In this document: positions 12,661-25,797 of the stretch, one piece after another
How the letters are laid out: the number at the start of each line of letters is the position of its first letter
How positions within the stretch are numbered: position 1 is the first letter of the stretch
Assembly (NCBI RefSeq): GCF_001194135.2
Contig: NC_068985.1
Span: 18,223,014-18,287,013, forward strand
Direction of reading: 5' to 3'
Source: Octopus bimaculoides
Taxonomy: Eukaryota
DNA: 64,000 nucleotides
The notes under the pieces: generated by a model
What the model was told of the DNA's origin: nothing
The model's database searches: none
What the model saw: only the letters and a program-made list of their open reading frames with translations
Position numbers and translations under genes: made by a program

Positions 12661-13193
12661 AATTGTTGAATTTATTTAATGGGGGGAAATCATTTCTGGA
12701 ATTATTGCACTTTGGAACATTTAAGTATGTTGCTAGTACTTTCTCATATAACATTTAATGAAACAACTACAATAAAAAAAATCTTACTCAAAACTACGAA
12801 ATGTTAATCAAAACGAACCATTGTAAATACTAACCTAGTTAAGGTTGCAATCAAAAATCGTTTAACTAATTATACTGAAATTATATTACAGCAAAAATAA
12901 GGATTTCAATTATTTTCAAAGCACTTAAATCAAATTAACATTTGTAACTTTCATAAAATACGAAAAATATAATCTTTTAGTGGTGCTTTCAAGGTTTTCC
13001 AGAGAAAATATGAACGCTGTATTTTTGGGTGACATTAAAAATCGATTTAATCAATTTAAGTACATTTAAGTTATTTTAATGAGATTCCAGGTGCAGGTTA
13101 CTATTCGTTTTAGAATATATTGTTTGATACACAACATTGATTCTTTTGAAGTGTATTTCAGAATATTCTTAAATCAATATATGGGCACCACTG

Positions 13194-13196
<3 letters not shown>

Positions 13197-13279
<83 letters not shown>
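13197..13279. repeat. (TAG)n microsatellite
   Basis: Direct inspection; source of the poly-S and poly-T pseudo-ORFs. Confidence 0.95.
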
Positions 13280-13280
<1 letters not shown>

Positions 13281-13379
13281 ATATGAACTTTAGTTAAGAT
13301 AAGTGTGCAAAGGTAGCACTTGAGAAAGGTAGAGTTACTCTCACATCTCCCATTGATTTTCACATATCAACCACCATAA

Positions 13380-13860
13380 GAGATCTTGAACAAGGGAAAC
13401 ATAGCAGTACCTTGATATCAACCAAGGTGAACACTCCCAGATGAAAGAAAATATTGAAAAGATAACTACAGAAGAATAAGGCTTATCCTTAAAATGGAGC
13501 TTAATTCACAAAACCGATTTAAGGCAATAAATAATCTGGCGATACCAATTCTTTTACTCTTTTACTTGTTTCAGTCATTTGACTGTGGCCATGCTAGAGC
13601 ACCGCCTTTATAGTCGATCAAATCGACCCTAGGACTTATTCTTTGTAAGCCTAGTACTTATTCTATCGGTCTCTTTTGTTAAACATAGCTTCAACATAAC
13701 TAATTGGATCTTCCAAGACACCAAAAGGACGGGTGTGAAAACCAGAAAACTCCTCACGTCTCACAAATCTGCACCATCCTAAAACTGACATTGAGCGTCT
13801 ATATTTTCCATGGCTCTCCCCATGGACAACAAATTTCACAGAAGGAAGCGGAGGAAGAGG
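13380..13860 (+). mobile_element. R4/Dong-type RT fragment interrupted by a SINE 3' end (~13551-13680, minus strand)
   Basis: Reads ILKMELNSQNRFKAINNLAIPIL before the SINE and SFNITNWIFQDTKRTGVKTRKLLT after it, so the SINE splits the PIL/YSF motif. Confidence 0.7.
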
Positions 13861-14934
13861 AGGTGGAACAACAAGATACGCTGCAAGCCGTGATTTTCAC
13901 CCATAACTCCATCAGAAATTGTGGGCTCAAAGTATATAAGATAAGGGGTAATCTTCAAGTTTAGGGGGGTAAAAAAAGTAAATAAAAATATTCAAGGGAA
14001 ATAACTGAACGACTTACCAAGGTAGTGCGGAGTACACTATTCTCGAGGGAACAAATATCTATACAGGAGGGTCATGGCTGGTATATCTATAAAGAAAGTG
14101 CTTTTTCCAACGACTTAGTTATTTAATTGTGGATTTCACCAGGGAGACAAGAGGGAAATAACACGATAAATAATGAGAGGGAGTGAAAGAGAGGATGAAA
14201 GAGTGGCTGAAAGAGAGGATGAAAATATATGACGATGTGTTATCTTTTCAACTTCGCCAGGTGGAGAGGTTCTAATGGGGAGATTATCTTGTATTATCCT
14301 GTGTTAATTCACATTTGGCAACCGACCCAGAATGCTTTTAAGATGATTTTTAACTGTACTGAGTTGTGTGTGTGCGCGTGTGTGAGTGTGTGCCTGGAGG
14401 AGGGCTCGTATGTTTGTATGTGTAGTTGTGTACCTGTGTGGGGCGTGCATGTAGACGTGTGTGTGCGTGTGCGTGTGCGTGTGCGTGTGCGTGTATGTGC
14501 ATGTATGTGTGTATGTAACATGTATGTGTGTATGTAACATGTATGTGTGTATGTAACATGTATGTGTGTGTACGTGCATTATGAGTGTATGCCTGTGCAT
14601 ATCTGAGTGTGTGTACATGCATGTATCTGTGTATATTTCTGTGTATCCATATGTGTATGTGTATACCTATGAGTGCATGATATGTCTGTGTAAATTTGTC
14701 TGTGTAAATTTCTGACTGACGGCCTGCCGGCCTGTCTGGCTGTCTGGCTGTCTGGCTGTCTGTCTGTCTGTATGTATGTATGTATGTATGTGGGTATCTA
14801 TACATGTGACAATTATGTGTTCTCTGGATCTTCTCTGCCATTTTTAATTTGATGGGAAGGGTGGACCTACAATGTTTCTAAATTCAAACATACACAGATA
14901 TATGTTTACACACAAACACACAGATACATAGACA

Positions 14935-15085
14935 CGGGCGTGGCTGTGTGCTAAAAACTTTGCTTTCCAACCACATGGTTCCAAGTTTAGTCCCACTGTG
15001 TGGCACCTTGTGACACATCTTCTACTACAGCGTCGGGCAGACCAAAGCTTTGTGAGTGGATTTAGTAAACGAATTAAAAATTGCC
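14935..15085 (+). mobile_element. SINE 5' part (tRNA-like head)
   Basis: ggcgtggctgtgtgctaaaaactttgctttccaaccacatggttccaagtttagtcccactgtgtggcacc…. Confidence 0.75.
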
Positions 15086-15089
15086 TGAC

Positions 15090-15400
15090 ACGTTTGTCTT
15101 TCCTCCTTCCACCACTCTTACTATGTCTGCCTCCCTCCAGTCCCCGCGCTAACCACTGCGCCCAGACCTTCCCAGAACGTCAGCCCTCTCTAAAACTTTC
15201 TCTCAGCTCATGTCCAACCGAAACTTCAATTGCCTCCGTCAAACCAGTCTAAAAATATGGCCTGCGAAGACCATGGGCACTGTCCCTTCCTCCAAACAAA
15301 TGTACCTTTGACGCAATTCTTCAGCCAAAACAGTGTGACGCTAGGTGTCAAAGCTGCGCCGTTGAAAGTCAATTACAATTCAGATAGACAGTTAGTGATT
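15090..15400 (-). mobile_element. Possible L1/Tx1 3'-end remnant
   Basis: GC-richer block whose minus-strand frames resemble an L1/Tx1 C-terminus (…RRQLKFRLDM…FWEGLGAVV…). Weak similarity only. Confidence 0.3.
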
Positions 15401-15710
15401 GAATACCTACCCCAGATCTGGACTGGGGTATATTCTTATTATTTGTCGACTCCGAAATGATAAAAGGTGAAACTGAAGTTGGCACGAATTGAACTCAGGG
15501 AGCAAAGAATAGGAACGAAAACAGCCAAACGTGTATCGGAAACACGATTCTACCAATTCGCCGCCATTTTCTGAATTAAGTACGGCATAAACAATAAGAG
15601 GATTATGACGTATCAATAGATGCTAACTGAACTTTTTCTTCTTTTCTTTTTCACTTTTCTCTTCTCTTAGCTATCCAATTGATGCGAAAATCAAATTCTT
15701 ATCGATATTA

Positions 15711-16985
15711 TACGAGGGTGGACAGAAAAGTTCACAGGTTGAAACGTTCATAGTGATGCTAGGGCTATAAAATCTTGCACGCATTAATTTCAACTCTTCT
15801 TATTAATTACAGCACTGTTTCTTTCCAGGTAAATTGACAATTCACTGTTCAAAAGAAGACTTCAAAAGTAATTAGTAGCGACTTCTCTTGAAAATAGACA
15901 AAATTTGGCACCGTGGTTTATCAACTACCTGCAGAAAAAGGGTTTAGCTCCCAAAAACGTTCATGCTGACATGGTTGCTACATTAGAGGGTGACGCTTCA
16001 AATTTATCAACAATGCAAAAGTGGGCAGCTGAATTTAGAAGGGGAAAGGAGAGTCTTGAAAATGACACAAGGTCTGAAACTGCTATCATCGAAGAAAACT
16101 TTGATCACATATTGATGGGTGACAGGCGATTGACTACAAATCAAAGATCCAATCTTATAAGCATTATCCCGTGAGAGAGTTGAAACTATTCTGCATAATG
16201 AACTTGATATGACGGTTTCTGCTCGGTGAGTGCCCACGTCTGCTGACACCTGATCAAAAGCATACCAGGCTAATCACATCACAGGAAAATCTGACATTGT
16301 TTGAGGCAGATCCAGCTGTTTCTTTGAACTTTTCCTAACCCTAGTGAGTGTTGCCTTTATCACTTCGAGCCAGTGACAAAGAGACAATCTTTTCCTCATC
16401 TACTCCAAAGAAGGCCAAAGTTGTTTCATCTACAAAGAAGGTGGTGGCCTCAGATTTTTGGGGTATTTTGTTGTCGTTTTTTTTAATGCAAAAGGCATTG
16501 TCTTCATTTATTATCTTCAAAAGGGCCATGCCATCAATGGAGAGTACTATGCCGACTTGCTGAGGCAGTTATGAAAGGCTATCAAGACCAAACGCCCAGG
16601 AAAATTGATGAATGGAGTCTTGTTTCATCAGGACAGTGCTCCAACTCACAAGTCCTTGATTTCAGTGAATGCTGTGGATTTGAACTGATCGATCACCCTC
16701 CCAACTCAATTTATTTGGCTTTATCTGACTATCACCTGTACCCCAGCATGAAAAAACGCTTGGCTGGGAACCAGTATCACATTGATGATGACGTTATATC
16801 TACTGTTGATGACTTTTTTTTTTACCAACAGGATGATAACTCCTTCATCGATGGGAGCCAAGCACTGCAACACCGCTGGGAAGAAGTGCGTGAACCACAA
16901 GGGGGACTATGTTGAAAAATAAACTTCATTTGGTCAAATACCATAATCTTAGTCAGCCTGTGAATTTTTCAGCCGACACTCGCAT
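15711..16985 (+). mobile_element. Near full-length mariner transposon with pseudogenised transposase
   Basis: TIRs tacgagggtggacagaaaagttcacagg versus cctgtgaatttttcagccgacactcgca. Frames contain QKWAAEFRRG, RVETILHNEL, ARWVPRLLT-like linker, LFHQDSAP, HPPNSIYLALSDYHL and LQHRW, with multiple stops and frameshifts. Confidence 0.92.
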
Positions 16986-17691
16986 AACTTAGTAAGAGAA
17001 GCACCCGAACCGTCAATATGGTGAAAATGAGAGTACGAGGATGTAAATAAAAATGTCAAAATAACAAGAAAATAAAGAAATATTTATCATTCGCCAAATA
17101 TTATACAGGTTTGATTACTTTTGATATGTGCAATTATCCTGTAGCCAATGATTCACTTGTTATTCTACATTGTTACTTTCTACAATAAATGTTTTACCTA
17201 ATTTCACAAACGTTACACATGTATATATGTATTCAAAACTACTAAAACATATGCATATTTATACATGGGCACATAATCTTACAAACAAGTTACGTACATT
17301 TTCTAAAGGTCTTCAAAGGACAGGAGGTTTAATTTATGTAAAAAGCAGTCCATTTACAACATATTTGACACATTCCGTGCAAAGCTACAAATGTACATAA
17401 TAAGCATTATCATTATTCACTTTCACTGCAAAAGTTCCTGAAGAACTATATTTCTTGTACAGACATGACGCGACAACAACACAGTTGAGTTTTCTTAAAC
17501 TTCAATCTGTAATCTTATATTATAAAAGAGAAGCGGAACTCCGTCTGTCTATTCGTCACAACATCTATTAAAGGAAGGGGAGGAGGCAAGGAATCAAACT
17601 ATACGTCACAATGTATTTTTAGAAGAAGGGGAGAAGAAAAAGTTGTTTTTGAGAGAGAAATACAATGTGGAAGAGAGTGTGTATGTGTGAA

Positions 17692-17692
<1 letters not shown>

Positions 17693-17724
<32 letters not shown>

Positions 17725-17783
17725 GGCAGGCAGACAGGTAGGCAGGCAGACAGGTAGGCAGGCAGGCAGGCAGGCAGGCAGGC

Positions 17784-17877
<94 letters not shown>
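17693..17877. repeat. Compound (GACA)n(GGCA)n(GATA)n microsatellite
   Basis: Direct inspection. Confidence 0.95.
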
Positions 17878-17940
17878 TGTTGTCGCCATAGTAACTTACA
17901 AGTTTTGATTAAAAACGCAGGAATCTTAAGTGCAACCCTA

Positions 17941-18340
17941 GATGAGTGTTGGCTTCATCACTTCGAGCCAGTGACAAAGAGACAATCTATACAGCGGTAA
18001 CACTCTTCCTCATCTACTCCAAAGAAGGCCAAGGTTGTTTCATCTACAAGGAAGGTGACGGCCTCAGATTTTTTTTAATGAAAAAGGCATTGTATTCATT
18101 GATTATCTTCAAAAGGGCCACACCATCAATGGAGAGTACTATGCGACTTGCTGAGGCAGTTATGAAAGGCTATCAAGACCAAACGGTCAGGAAAATTGAT
18201 GAACTATGTCTTGTTTCATCAGGACAGTGCTCCAGCTCACAAGTCCTTGATTTCAGTCACTGCTGTGCATGACTGTGGATTTCAACTGATTAATTAACCT
18301 CCCTATTCTATTTATTTGGTTCTATCTGACTATATTCTGT
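17941..18340 (+). mobile_element. Second, internal fragment of the same mariner transposase (catalytic region)
   Basis: Collinear with 16345-16735 (gagccagtgacaaagagacaatc…tcatcaggacagtgctcca…tttatttgg…ctgactat). No TIRs. Confidence 0.9.
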
Positions 18341-18600
18341 ACACCTACAACACAGCTTCAAAAAAACTTTCATTATATAACAATATAGCTAATTTCTTTT
18401 GGTTGTGTGTCTGTGTCTGTGTGTTTCTATGTGTGTGCGTATGTGTGCTTCTATGTGTATGTATGTGTGCATCTGTGTGCTTTTGTATGTCTTTCAACAT
18501 AAAGACAATGCAACACATACTTTTCAAAAGTACTTTCAAAAGAACTTTCACCATGATGACAGATTGAGAAATTCATTGGGAAAGCGAGACAGAGAGAGAG

Positions 18601-18603
<3 letters not shown>

Positions 18604-18676
<73 letters not shown>
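18604..18676. repeat. (GT)n microsatellite
   Basis: Direct inspection. Confidence 0.95.
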
Positions 18677-18685
<9 letters not shown>

Positions 18686-19197
18686 AAAAGATAGAAAATC
18701 AAAATTTGTTTCAAGAAAAAAATAGGTTGTTGTTGAGAGAGAAATACAGTGAGAAAGAGACATTGTGTATGCGTGAAAGATTGATATATAGGAAGACTGT
18801 TGTGACCATAGTAACTAACGAGACTTTCACTATATAACAGTCTACTATTAAAAGAAGGTACGAGAATGATTAACAAATATTTTTACCGGCTGCATAGCGT
18901 CGAATAGAGACATAGTTCCAAATTTTTTTGTTTGTTTTATTTTGTTTTGTTGTTTTTGTCTCGCTTAAATTAAAAATACATGCATGCAGTGTAAATAGGC
19001 TCAAATTGAATACATTATACCCCTCAGTAACTTGAATATAAATGGTAATAATGGAATGTAACGAATTTCTGAATAGATACGTCATAATGAACAAGAGGAT
19101 TATGACGTCTCATCAGATGCTAACTGAATATTTTTTCACTTTTCACTTCTCTTAGCTATCTAATTGACACGAAAACAAAATTCTTATCGATATTATA

Positions 19198-19830
19198 TAA
19201 TTACCTCCGCCAAGGAAGGAGGTTATGTTTTCATCGGCGTTTGTTTGTCCATCTGTCCATCTGTGTGCAAAATAACTCAAAGTTGTGAACGGTATTTGAT
19301 GAAACTTGCAAGAAAAGTTGGTAATGGCACAAGGAACAGATGATGAAATTTTGGTAGTGATCCGGGAAGTTTTATGGATTCTTGAAGGATTATTCATTTG
19401 TTATATTTACTTTACATGAAGTATTACAATGTTACGTTCTTTGATTATCTCCCTTGAAAACACGTTCATCGTTTCAACGTAACCTATGGTGGCGTTGCTG
19501 TTTCCAAAGTTTATTTTCGTTTCTCTATTAGTAATTTTACTCGCGTTGTGTGTGTATCACTCAAGTTTTAGGTAATTGTTGTTTCTTTTTAGTTGTATGG
19601 TGAAACTAGCTTACTGTTGTCATTGATGTATTATAACTGCTTCAGATGATTCCTGTTTTTAAAGGGGTTTTTTTTAAATCATATGGCTATGTTATTTTTT
19701 TTAAGCCCGCCAAGGAGGTTATGTTTTTGCCGGCGTTGGTTTGGGAAATTGGGCGATTTTCAGCATGCGTGTATGAGTGGGAATGAGCTGCTTGACGGAG
19801 GTCTGCGCTCTCCGAGTGCTTTTCTAGTTT
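19198..19830 (+). mobile_element. Helentron-associated (HINE/DINE-1-like) non-autonomous element
   Basis: Head attacctccgccaagg…ggttatgtttt. 3' end cttgacggaggtctgcgctctccgagtgcttttctagt has a subterminal inverted repeat and a 3' hairpin. A second head occurs at ~19705. Confidence 0.7.
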
Positions 19831-21799
19831 ATTGATTGATTCTTTGCATTAATTAGTATATCTATCTTGTTTAAATTGTAACTTTTACTTGAACGACACC
19901 AAGCAAAATTAGAAAATTCTTCCAACGCTTGAATTGTGAGAACGTGGAGGTTGCAAATCTGATGATTATTTTGATGAGCCCGTTGAGTTTACTAATGTTT
20001 ATCGTATATTTCTTGTGCCTGAAATACAAAAGTATAACCTAAAAGTGATTACGTAATTTCAAAACATACCACCTTCTCTGCTCGATGACAAATCAATCTT
20101 TTTTTCATGACAAATATGACAAATGCGATTCGTTTGAAAAAGGCATTCGTTGGGTAAACGTAAAATCCTTTTCCAAGACATTCCTAAAATAGATCTGCCT
20201 GGAGTCATAATTCTGAGCAACTAGAAACCAGAAAAAGACATGCGTTTCTGCGTAGCCCACATATTGCTGGATCCACTAAGGAGGTAAAGTTATAATATAT
20301 ATATGTACTATAACCACAACAGCCACACAACCATTAACATATCATATTAATACAGTTTCTACAATTGTACAATACATGCACACACACGCACACTACGTTT
20401 ATTACAACACAACAATATATGTGTGAGTGTGAGTGTGTGCGCGCAGACATGCTTTGAAATAAATATCAAGTGAAATGTATTGGACAAGAGTGGAATGTAC
20501 AAGAGTAAGATGGGAATAGTTTTGAGTAAATATAATTTAGCTATAAAGAAAAACAGCACAAAATGTTTGCAATACAAGATTGACAGAGAACAGTAAGGGT
20601 TATAGATAAAGGCATTGTAAATACAATGAAATAAAATAATTAGATGAACATTGATAAGCACTGTATAATTAATTGGCTATGATCCTAAAAGCAAATAACA
20701 GCTATGAGGATAAAGTAGCAATGAGATGACAGAGGAAAACATAGACGTTACAATGAGATAGAATCAATTTTTAAAAAACGCTGGTAATTATATAAAGAGA
20801 TTAGAGGGAGAGCTAATACATCTTTATCAATCAGTCTCATCATATACATATATATTTATCTCTTTTTCTCCCTGTAAATAAATACACACACACACACACA
20901 CACACACATCATACCAAAGCTGCAAAATTATCACAGTACTGTTACTCATAGTTTCACGTTCCCGTTCGTCGGACAGTTGTGATGAATACTGAATTAAAAT
21001 CGTAATTGTACACGCAATATGTTATGTGGTGCTCACCCTTGTATGTATATATACACACACACATATATATATATACATATATNNNNNNNNNNNNNNNNNN
21101 NNNNNNNNNNNNNNNNNNNNNNNNNNNNNNNNNNNNNNNNNNNNNNNNNNNNNNNNNNNNNNNNNNNNNNNNNNNNNNNNNNNNNNNNNNNNNNNNNNNN
21201 NNNNNNNNNNNNNNNNNNNNNNNNNNNNNNNNNNNNNNNNNNNNNNNNNNNNNNNNNNNNNNNNNNNNNNNNNNNNNNNNNNNNNNNNNNNNNNNNNNNN
21301 NNNNNNNNNNNNNNNNNNNNNNNNNNNNNNNNNNNNNNNNNNNNNNNNNNNNNNNNNNNNNNNNNNNNNNNNNNNNNNNNNNNNNNGAGCACCAGACAAA
21401 GACCTTGTAGCTTCATCGGAGTTTTGAATATGAAGTACAATTCATTTCGGAAAATTGAATTTCCCAAAGAAATAGAATTACAAATGTAATCTTATTTTCC
21501 CAAATAAATTGCACTTCAGATTCGAGGCTCCTTTGAAACTATAGGATGTTATTCAGGCACTCAACTACGAGTCACTGCATCAAATTGCAGAAACAGCTGT
21601 AAGCTAATGAAGTTTATAACATAACCATAGTTTTCCCTGTGTCATCTCTTTTCCTTGTGTGTGTATGTGTGTGTGTGTGTGTGTGCGTGCGTGTGCGTGT
21701 GTGTGTGTATGTATGCATGTATATGTATATATATTATATGTGTTTGTATGTATGTATGTATGTATATGTATATATATTATATGTGTGTGTATATGCATA

Positions 21800-22365
21800 T
21801 ACGAGGTCCGATCAATAAGTAACCGGACTGTTACCATAGTAATGAAGCTAAACCACTTAGAGTGAAGCCACTTGGCACAGATTGACTTTGAACTCTGCTG
21901 TGCATGCGCACTAACTTTTAACGTTCTAGCTCACTTTCGCTGTTTACAGCAGTTATCGTTGAAGGTTTGGGTATGAGACGCGTCTGCCAAGTTTGTGCCA
22001 AAACTACTTTCAACTGACCAAAAAGACACTCGGATTTCAGTTGCACATCTTCTTGATTGTGTCAAGAACGATGAAAGCTTTTTGAAAACTTTCCGTAGGC
22101 ATCTAAGCAGATATCGCCAAGCTTTTGGCAACATTTGATGCAGATTCTCTGCTCAACTTTCTCTGTCATAGTCAATGTGATGATCACACACTACACATGT
22201 TCCTTCCAAACACTGCTGTAAACAACCGAAGTGAGCTAGAATGTTAAAACTTAGTGCGCATGCACAGCAGAGTTCAATGTCAATCTTAGCCGAGCGGCTT
22301 TACTCTGCGTGCTTTAGCTTCGTTACTATAGCAACAGTCCAGATACTTATTGATCAGACCGTGTA
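21800..22365. mobile_element. Mariner-derived element with ~150-bp TIRs
   Basis: Arms 21800-21953 and 22212-22365 are reverse complements, with TA ends. The interior holds transposase scraps on both strands (+ LGMRRVSAKFVPKLL; - MTEKVEQRICIKCCQKLG). Confidence 0.85.
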
Positions 22366-22435
22366 TACATACACACAAGAGCATACATACACACAGAGAC
22401 TCAGATGTCCCCCCCCCCGCACACACACACACATA

Positions 22436-23030
22436 CAAGGTGCATTCCAGTGGTTTTGAGAATTCTTGGAGAGAGACATTCATTTCAAAGTACAAAACTC
22501 GATCACCTTCAAAATAGAATCCTCTGACTGGTGTCCTGGTGCAAGTGCTCTAGCTTTTTGCTACAAAATCTCTCCCTGAACTCTCTCAAAACCTCCACAA
22601 AATATGCTCCGTTGAACGTCTTAGCTGTCAAATAAGATCATGAGCTTCCGGGTGAACTTGCTTTGCTTTGCCTCTTGTACCAGCGGAAAATAGATGTTCG
22701 GTCTTACAAATTAATCCAGAAGCAGTCTGGAGTATTTCATATGTTCTTGTAGCATTTTCCCCAGTTTAACACAAAACTTTAATGCATAGCAGATTTCCAA
22801 ATTGTCTTCACATCTCAGCAGCAATTGACAAACAAGTCAGCTGTGACAAGCAGTGTTTAGGTAGGGTGTGTTCAAAGTGCTGCTACAGTCATCTCCTTCA
22901 ATCTGGAATAACAAAAGTTGGTAGGTCAGCTTATCAGATGTATAGTAATGATGTACTAAAATTACAATAATGTAGGACAGTTATAACTGCCTCTGCTAAA
23001 AAAGCCTCCAAACTTCTGGAATGCACTTCN
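22436..23030 (-). mobile_element. Highly decayed mariner-like remnant
   Basis: Minus strand ends …YFEGDRVLYFEMN…, followed by a TIR-like tacaaggtgcattcc end at 22436. Confidence 0.45.
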
Positions 23031-23596
23031 NNNNNNNNNNNNNNNNNNNNNNNNNNNNNNNNNNNNNNNNNNNNNNNNNNNNNNNNNNNNNNNNNNNNNN
23101 NNNNNNNNNNNNNNNNNNNNNNNNNNNNNNNNNNNNNNNNNNNNNNNNNNNNNNNNNNNNNNNNNNNNNNNNNNNNNNNNNNNNNNNNNNNNNNNNNNNN
23201 NNNNNNNNNNNNNNNNNNNNNNNNNNNNNNNNNNNNNNNNNNNNNNNNNNNNNNNNNNNNNNNNNNNNNNNNNNNNNNNNNNNNNNNNNNNNNNNNNNNN
23301 NNNNNNNNNNNNNNNNNNNNNNNNNNNNNNNNNNNNNNNNNNNNNNNNNNNNNNNNNNNNNNNNNNNNNNNNNNNNNNNNNNNNNNNNNNNNNNNNNNNN
23401 NNNNNNNNNNNNNNNNNNNNNNNNNNNNNNNNNNNNNNNNNNNNNNNNNNNNNNNNNNNNNNNNNNNNNNNNNNNNNNNNNNNNNNNNNNNNNNNNNNNN
23501 NNNNNNNNNNNNNNNNNNNNNNNNNNNNNNNNNNNNNNNNNNNNNNNNNNNNNNNNNNNNNNNNNNNNNNNNNNNNNNNNNNNNNNNNNNNTATAT

Positions 23597-23820
23597 AGGC
23601 ACAGACGTGGCTGTGTGGTTAGAAGCTCGCTTCCTAACAACATGGTTCCAGATTCAGTCCCACTGCATGGCACCTTGGGCAAGTATCTTCTACCATAACC
23701 TTGGACCGATTAAAGCCTTGTGAGTGGATTTGGTAGACAGAAACTAAAAGAAGCCCGTCGTCCCTTGAAGGCGGTGCTCCAGCATGACTGCAGTCAAATG
23801 ACTGAAACAAGAAAAAAAAT
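23597..23820 (+). mobile_element. tRNA-derived SINE with internal deletion
   Basis: Head (gtggctgtgtggttagaagctcgcttcctaacaacatggttcc…) joined directly to the tail (aaggcggtgctccagcatg…aaatgactgaaacaag). Confidence 0.8.
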
Positions 23821-24920
23821 ATAAATATTTATTTATTTATTTATATTATTTATTTATTTATATATATTCGATACAATATTGATATGTATGGACCAAATCA
23901 ACCCTATGACTTATATAACATAATCTATTAGCTATTCCGATCAGTGGAAAAATGTCCTCGAACAGCAGTTTCCTTGTCTTTTTATTGTATGTCAAGCAAT
24001 TTTCAACATAGACGAAAGCAATATCCAGGTTTCTAGTTGTAATGAAAATATCTCATCACCAGATTTTACATTTACTGGCGATGTAAGATCAATATGTTCA
24101 ATCAGCATATATTTCCTTTATTTGTGTTTTTCTAATCTTCAATCTACATTTGAATTCCTCTTGTTTCCCATCCATACTTGATTTTCAATTTCACAACTCC
24201 TCTCTCGTATTCATTTGGCTTTCATGTAAATTGTAGCTTTTGTGTTGAATATTTTCGCTATCCATTGACATACGTGCCGCCAGATGTCTGGTGAAAACGT
24301 CAGAGGAAAAAGCTACAATTTTTATTAGAAAAAAAAATTACGTTTTATTTGAATACTATAAACAAAGTAATGAACGCAAAAATATTTTTAATCACTTATT
24401 AAGTTACAATACATAACTTATACATGTTTGATGTATGATGGTATGGACTTGTTTAACTGGGAGCTGTATTATTTGATCTGGCTCTGCACTGCTCCCCAAT
24501 AAAATCAAGTACGATATTTTGATTTTCGTAATGTTTTTTCACAGATACATATTACAATTAGTTATTTTACATAAGCCGCTTTGCCGAATACCAGCAGCTA
24601 GTGTGTGAGAGGAGAAAATGTGTTGGATCTTTTCCCTTTGAACGGCAGATCGAGTAATTAATATTTTGTAACTAAACACTTTCAAACTTCGGACACTGGT
24701 AGAATGTGTCATATAAAACATCTTTTACTCTTAGTGTTGTTGAGAAAAGTTTATATTTTCAAAGTTATTTCTTGTTAAAGTAGTCGTATTTCGGTAATTT
24801 CAACCAATCAATGACGTGTATTCAGCTGAATAAAATTACTGCCGTTGTTTGCCAACAACAACTATCGGCGGTGTATATTTCGTTTGTCACTTATTTATGA
24901 CATCGTTCGTGCGTTTGTAC

Positions 24921-24980
24921 TGGGTTTAGCTTTAGGGTTAGGGTTTTAGGGTTAGGGTTTTAGAGTTAGGGTTAGGGAAG
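24921..24980. repeat. Degenerate (TTAGGG)n tract abutting an assembly gap
   Basis: tttagggttagggttttagggttagggttttagagttagggttaggg. Confidence 0.85.
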
Positions 24981-25109
24981 NNNNNNNNNNNNNNNNNNNN
25001 NNNNNNNNNNNNNNNNNNNNNNNNNNNNNNNNNNNNNNNNNNNNNNNNNNNNNNNNNNNNNNNNNNNNNNNNNNNNNNNNNNNNNNNNNNNNNNNNNNNN
25101 NNNNNNNNN

Positions 25110-25173
<64 letters not shown>

Positions 25174-25797
25174 GTATTTGAAGCACATCTCGGTTTATAA
25201 CCATGATCTGGGGTGAAACTGCATGAAATTTTCCGTTTGATTACACCACCATACAAATGCAACAGAACAACGACTGACTGAAACATACGCTAACCCTAAC
25301 CCTTCGTCCGTTACTGGACCGACAAGGTTTCGAATACTAAACACTGCTATAACGGCATTACACATCAGTGAAAACATTTTCATTCAGTTTTTTAAATAAA
25401 GACAATGAGAGACAAAATTTCTTAGTCATTTATTTACAAAGTACAACGTTGAGATTAAAGTGATTTTTTTTTCTGAGACTTTTTCCAATAACTTTTTTTC
25501 TGAGACTTTTTGTCTTGAATTCCACTTACAAACGTCATTATCAAATAAGCAATGTTGTTTTGAATTAAGAAGTTATAAGTTTGCATTTAAAGTGCACTAA
25601 AATTACATGAACTACAATCAAGACATGAAATGTAAAACGTAAAATTGCTTTTTCCAGTTGTATCACAGATTGGCATATAAATAACATCGCTTCACACCGA
25701 GGTTAGAAATTACAAAAATCTCTTTCGCAATTTTTTTATTTTAAGATATGAAACTTTGCAAGGATGTTTGACGGGTTCTTAAAACATTCAAGACTAG

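Noticed and set aside
24921-24980. A real telomere
   Set aside because: Short, degenerate and internal to the scaffold.
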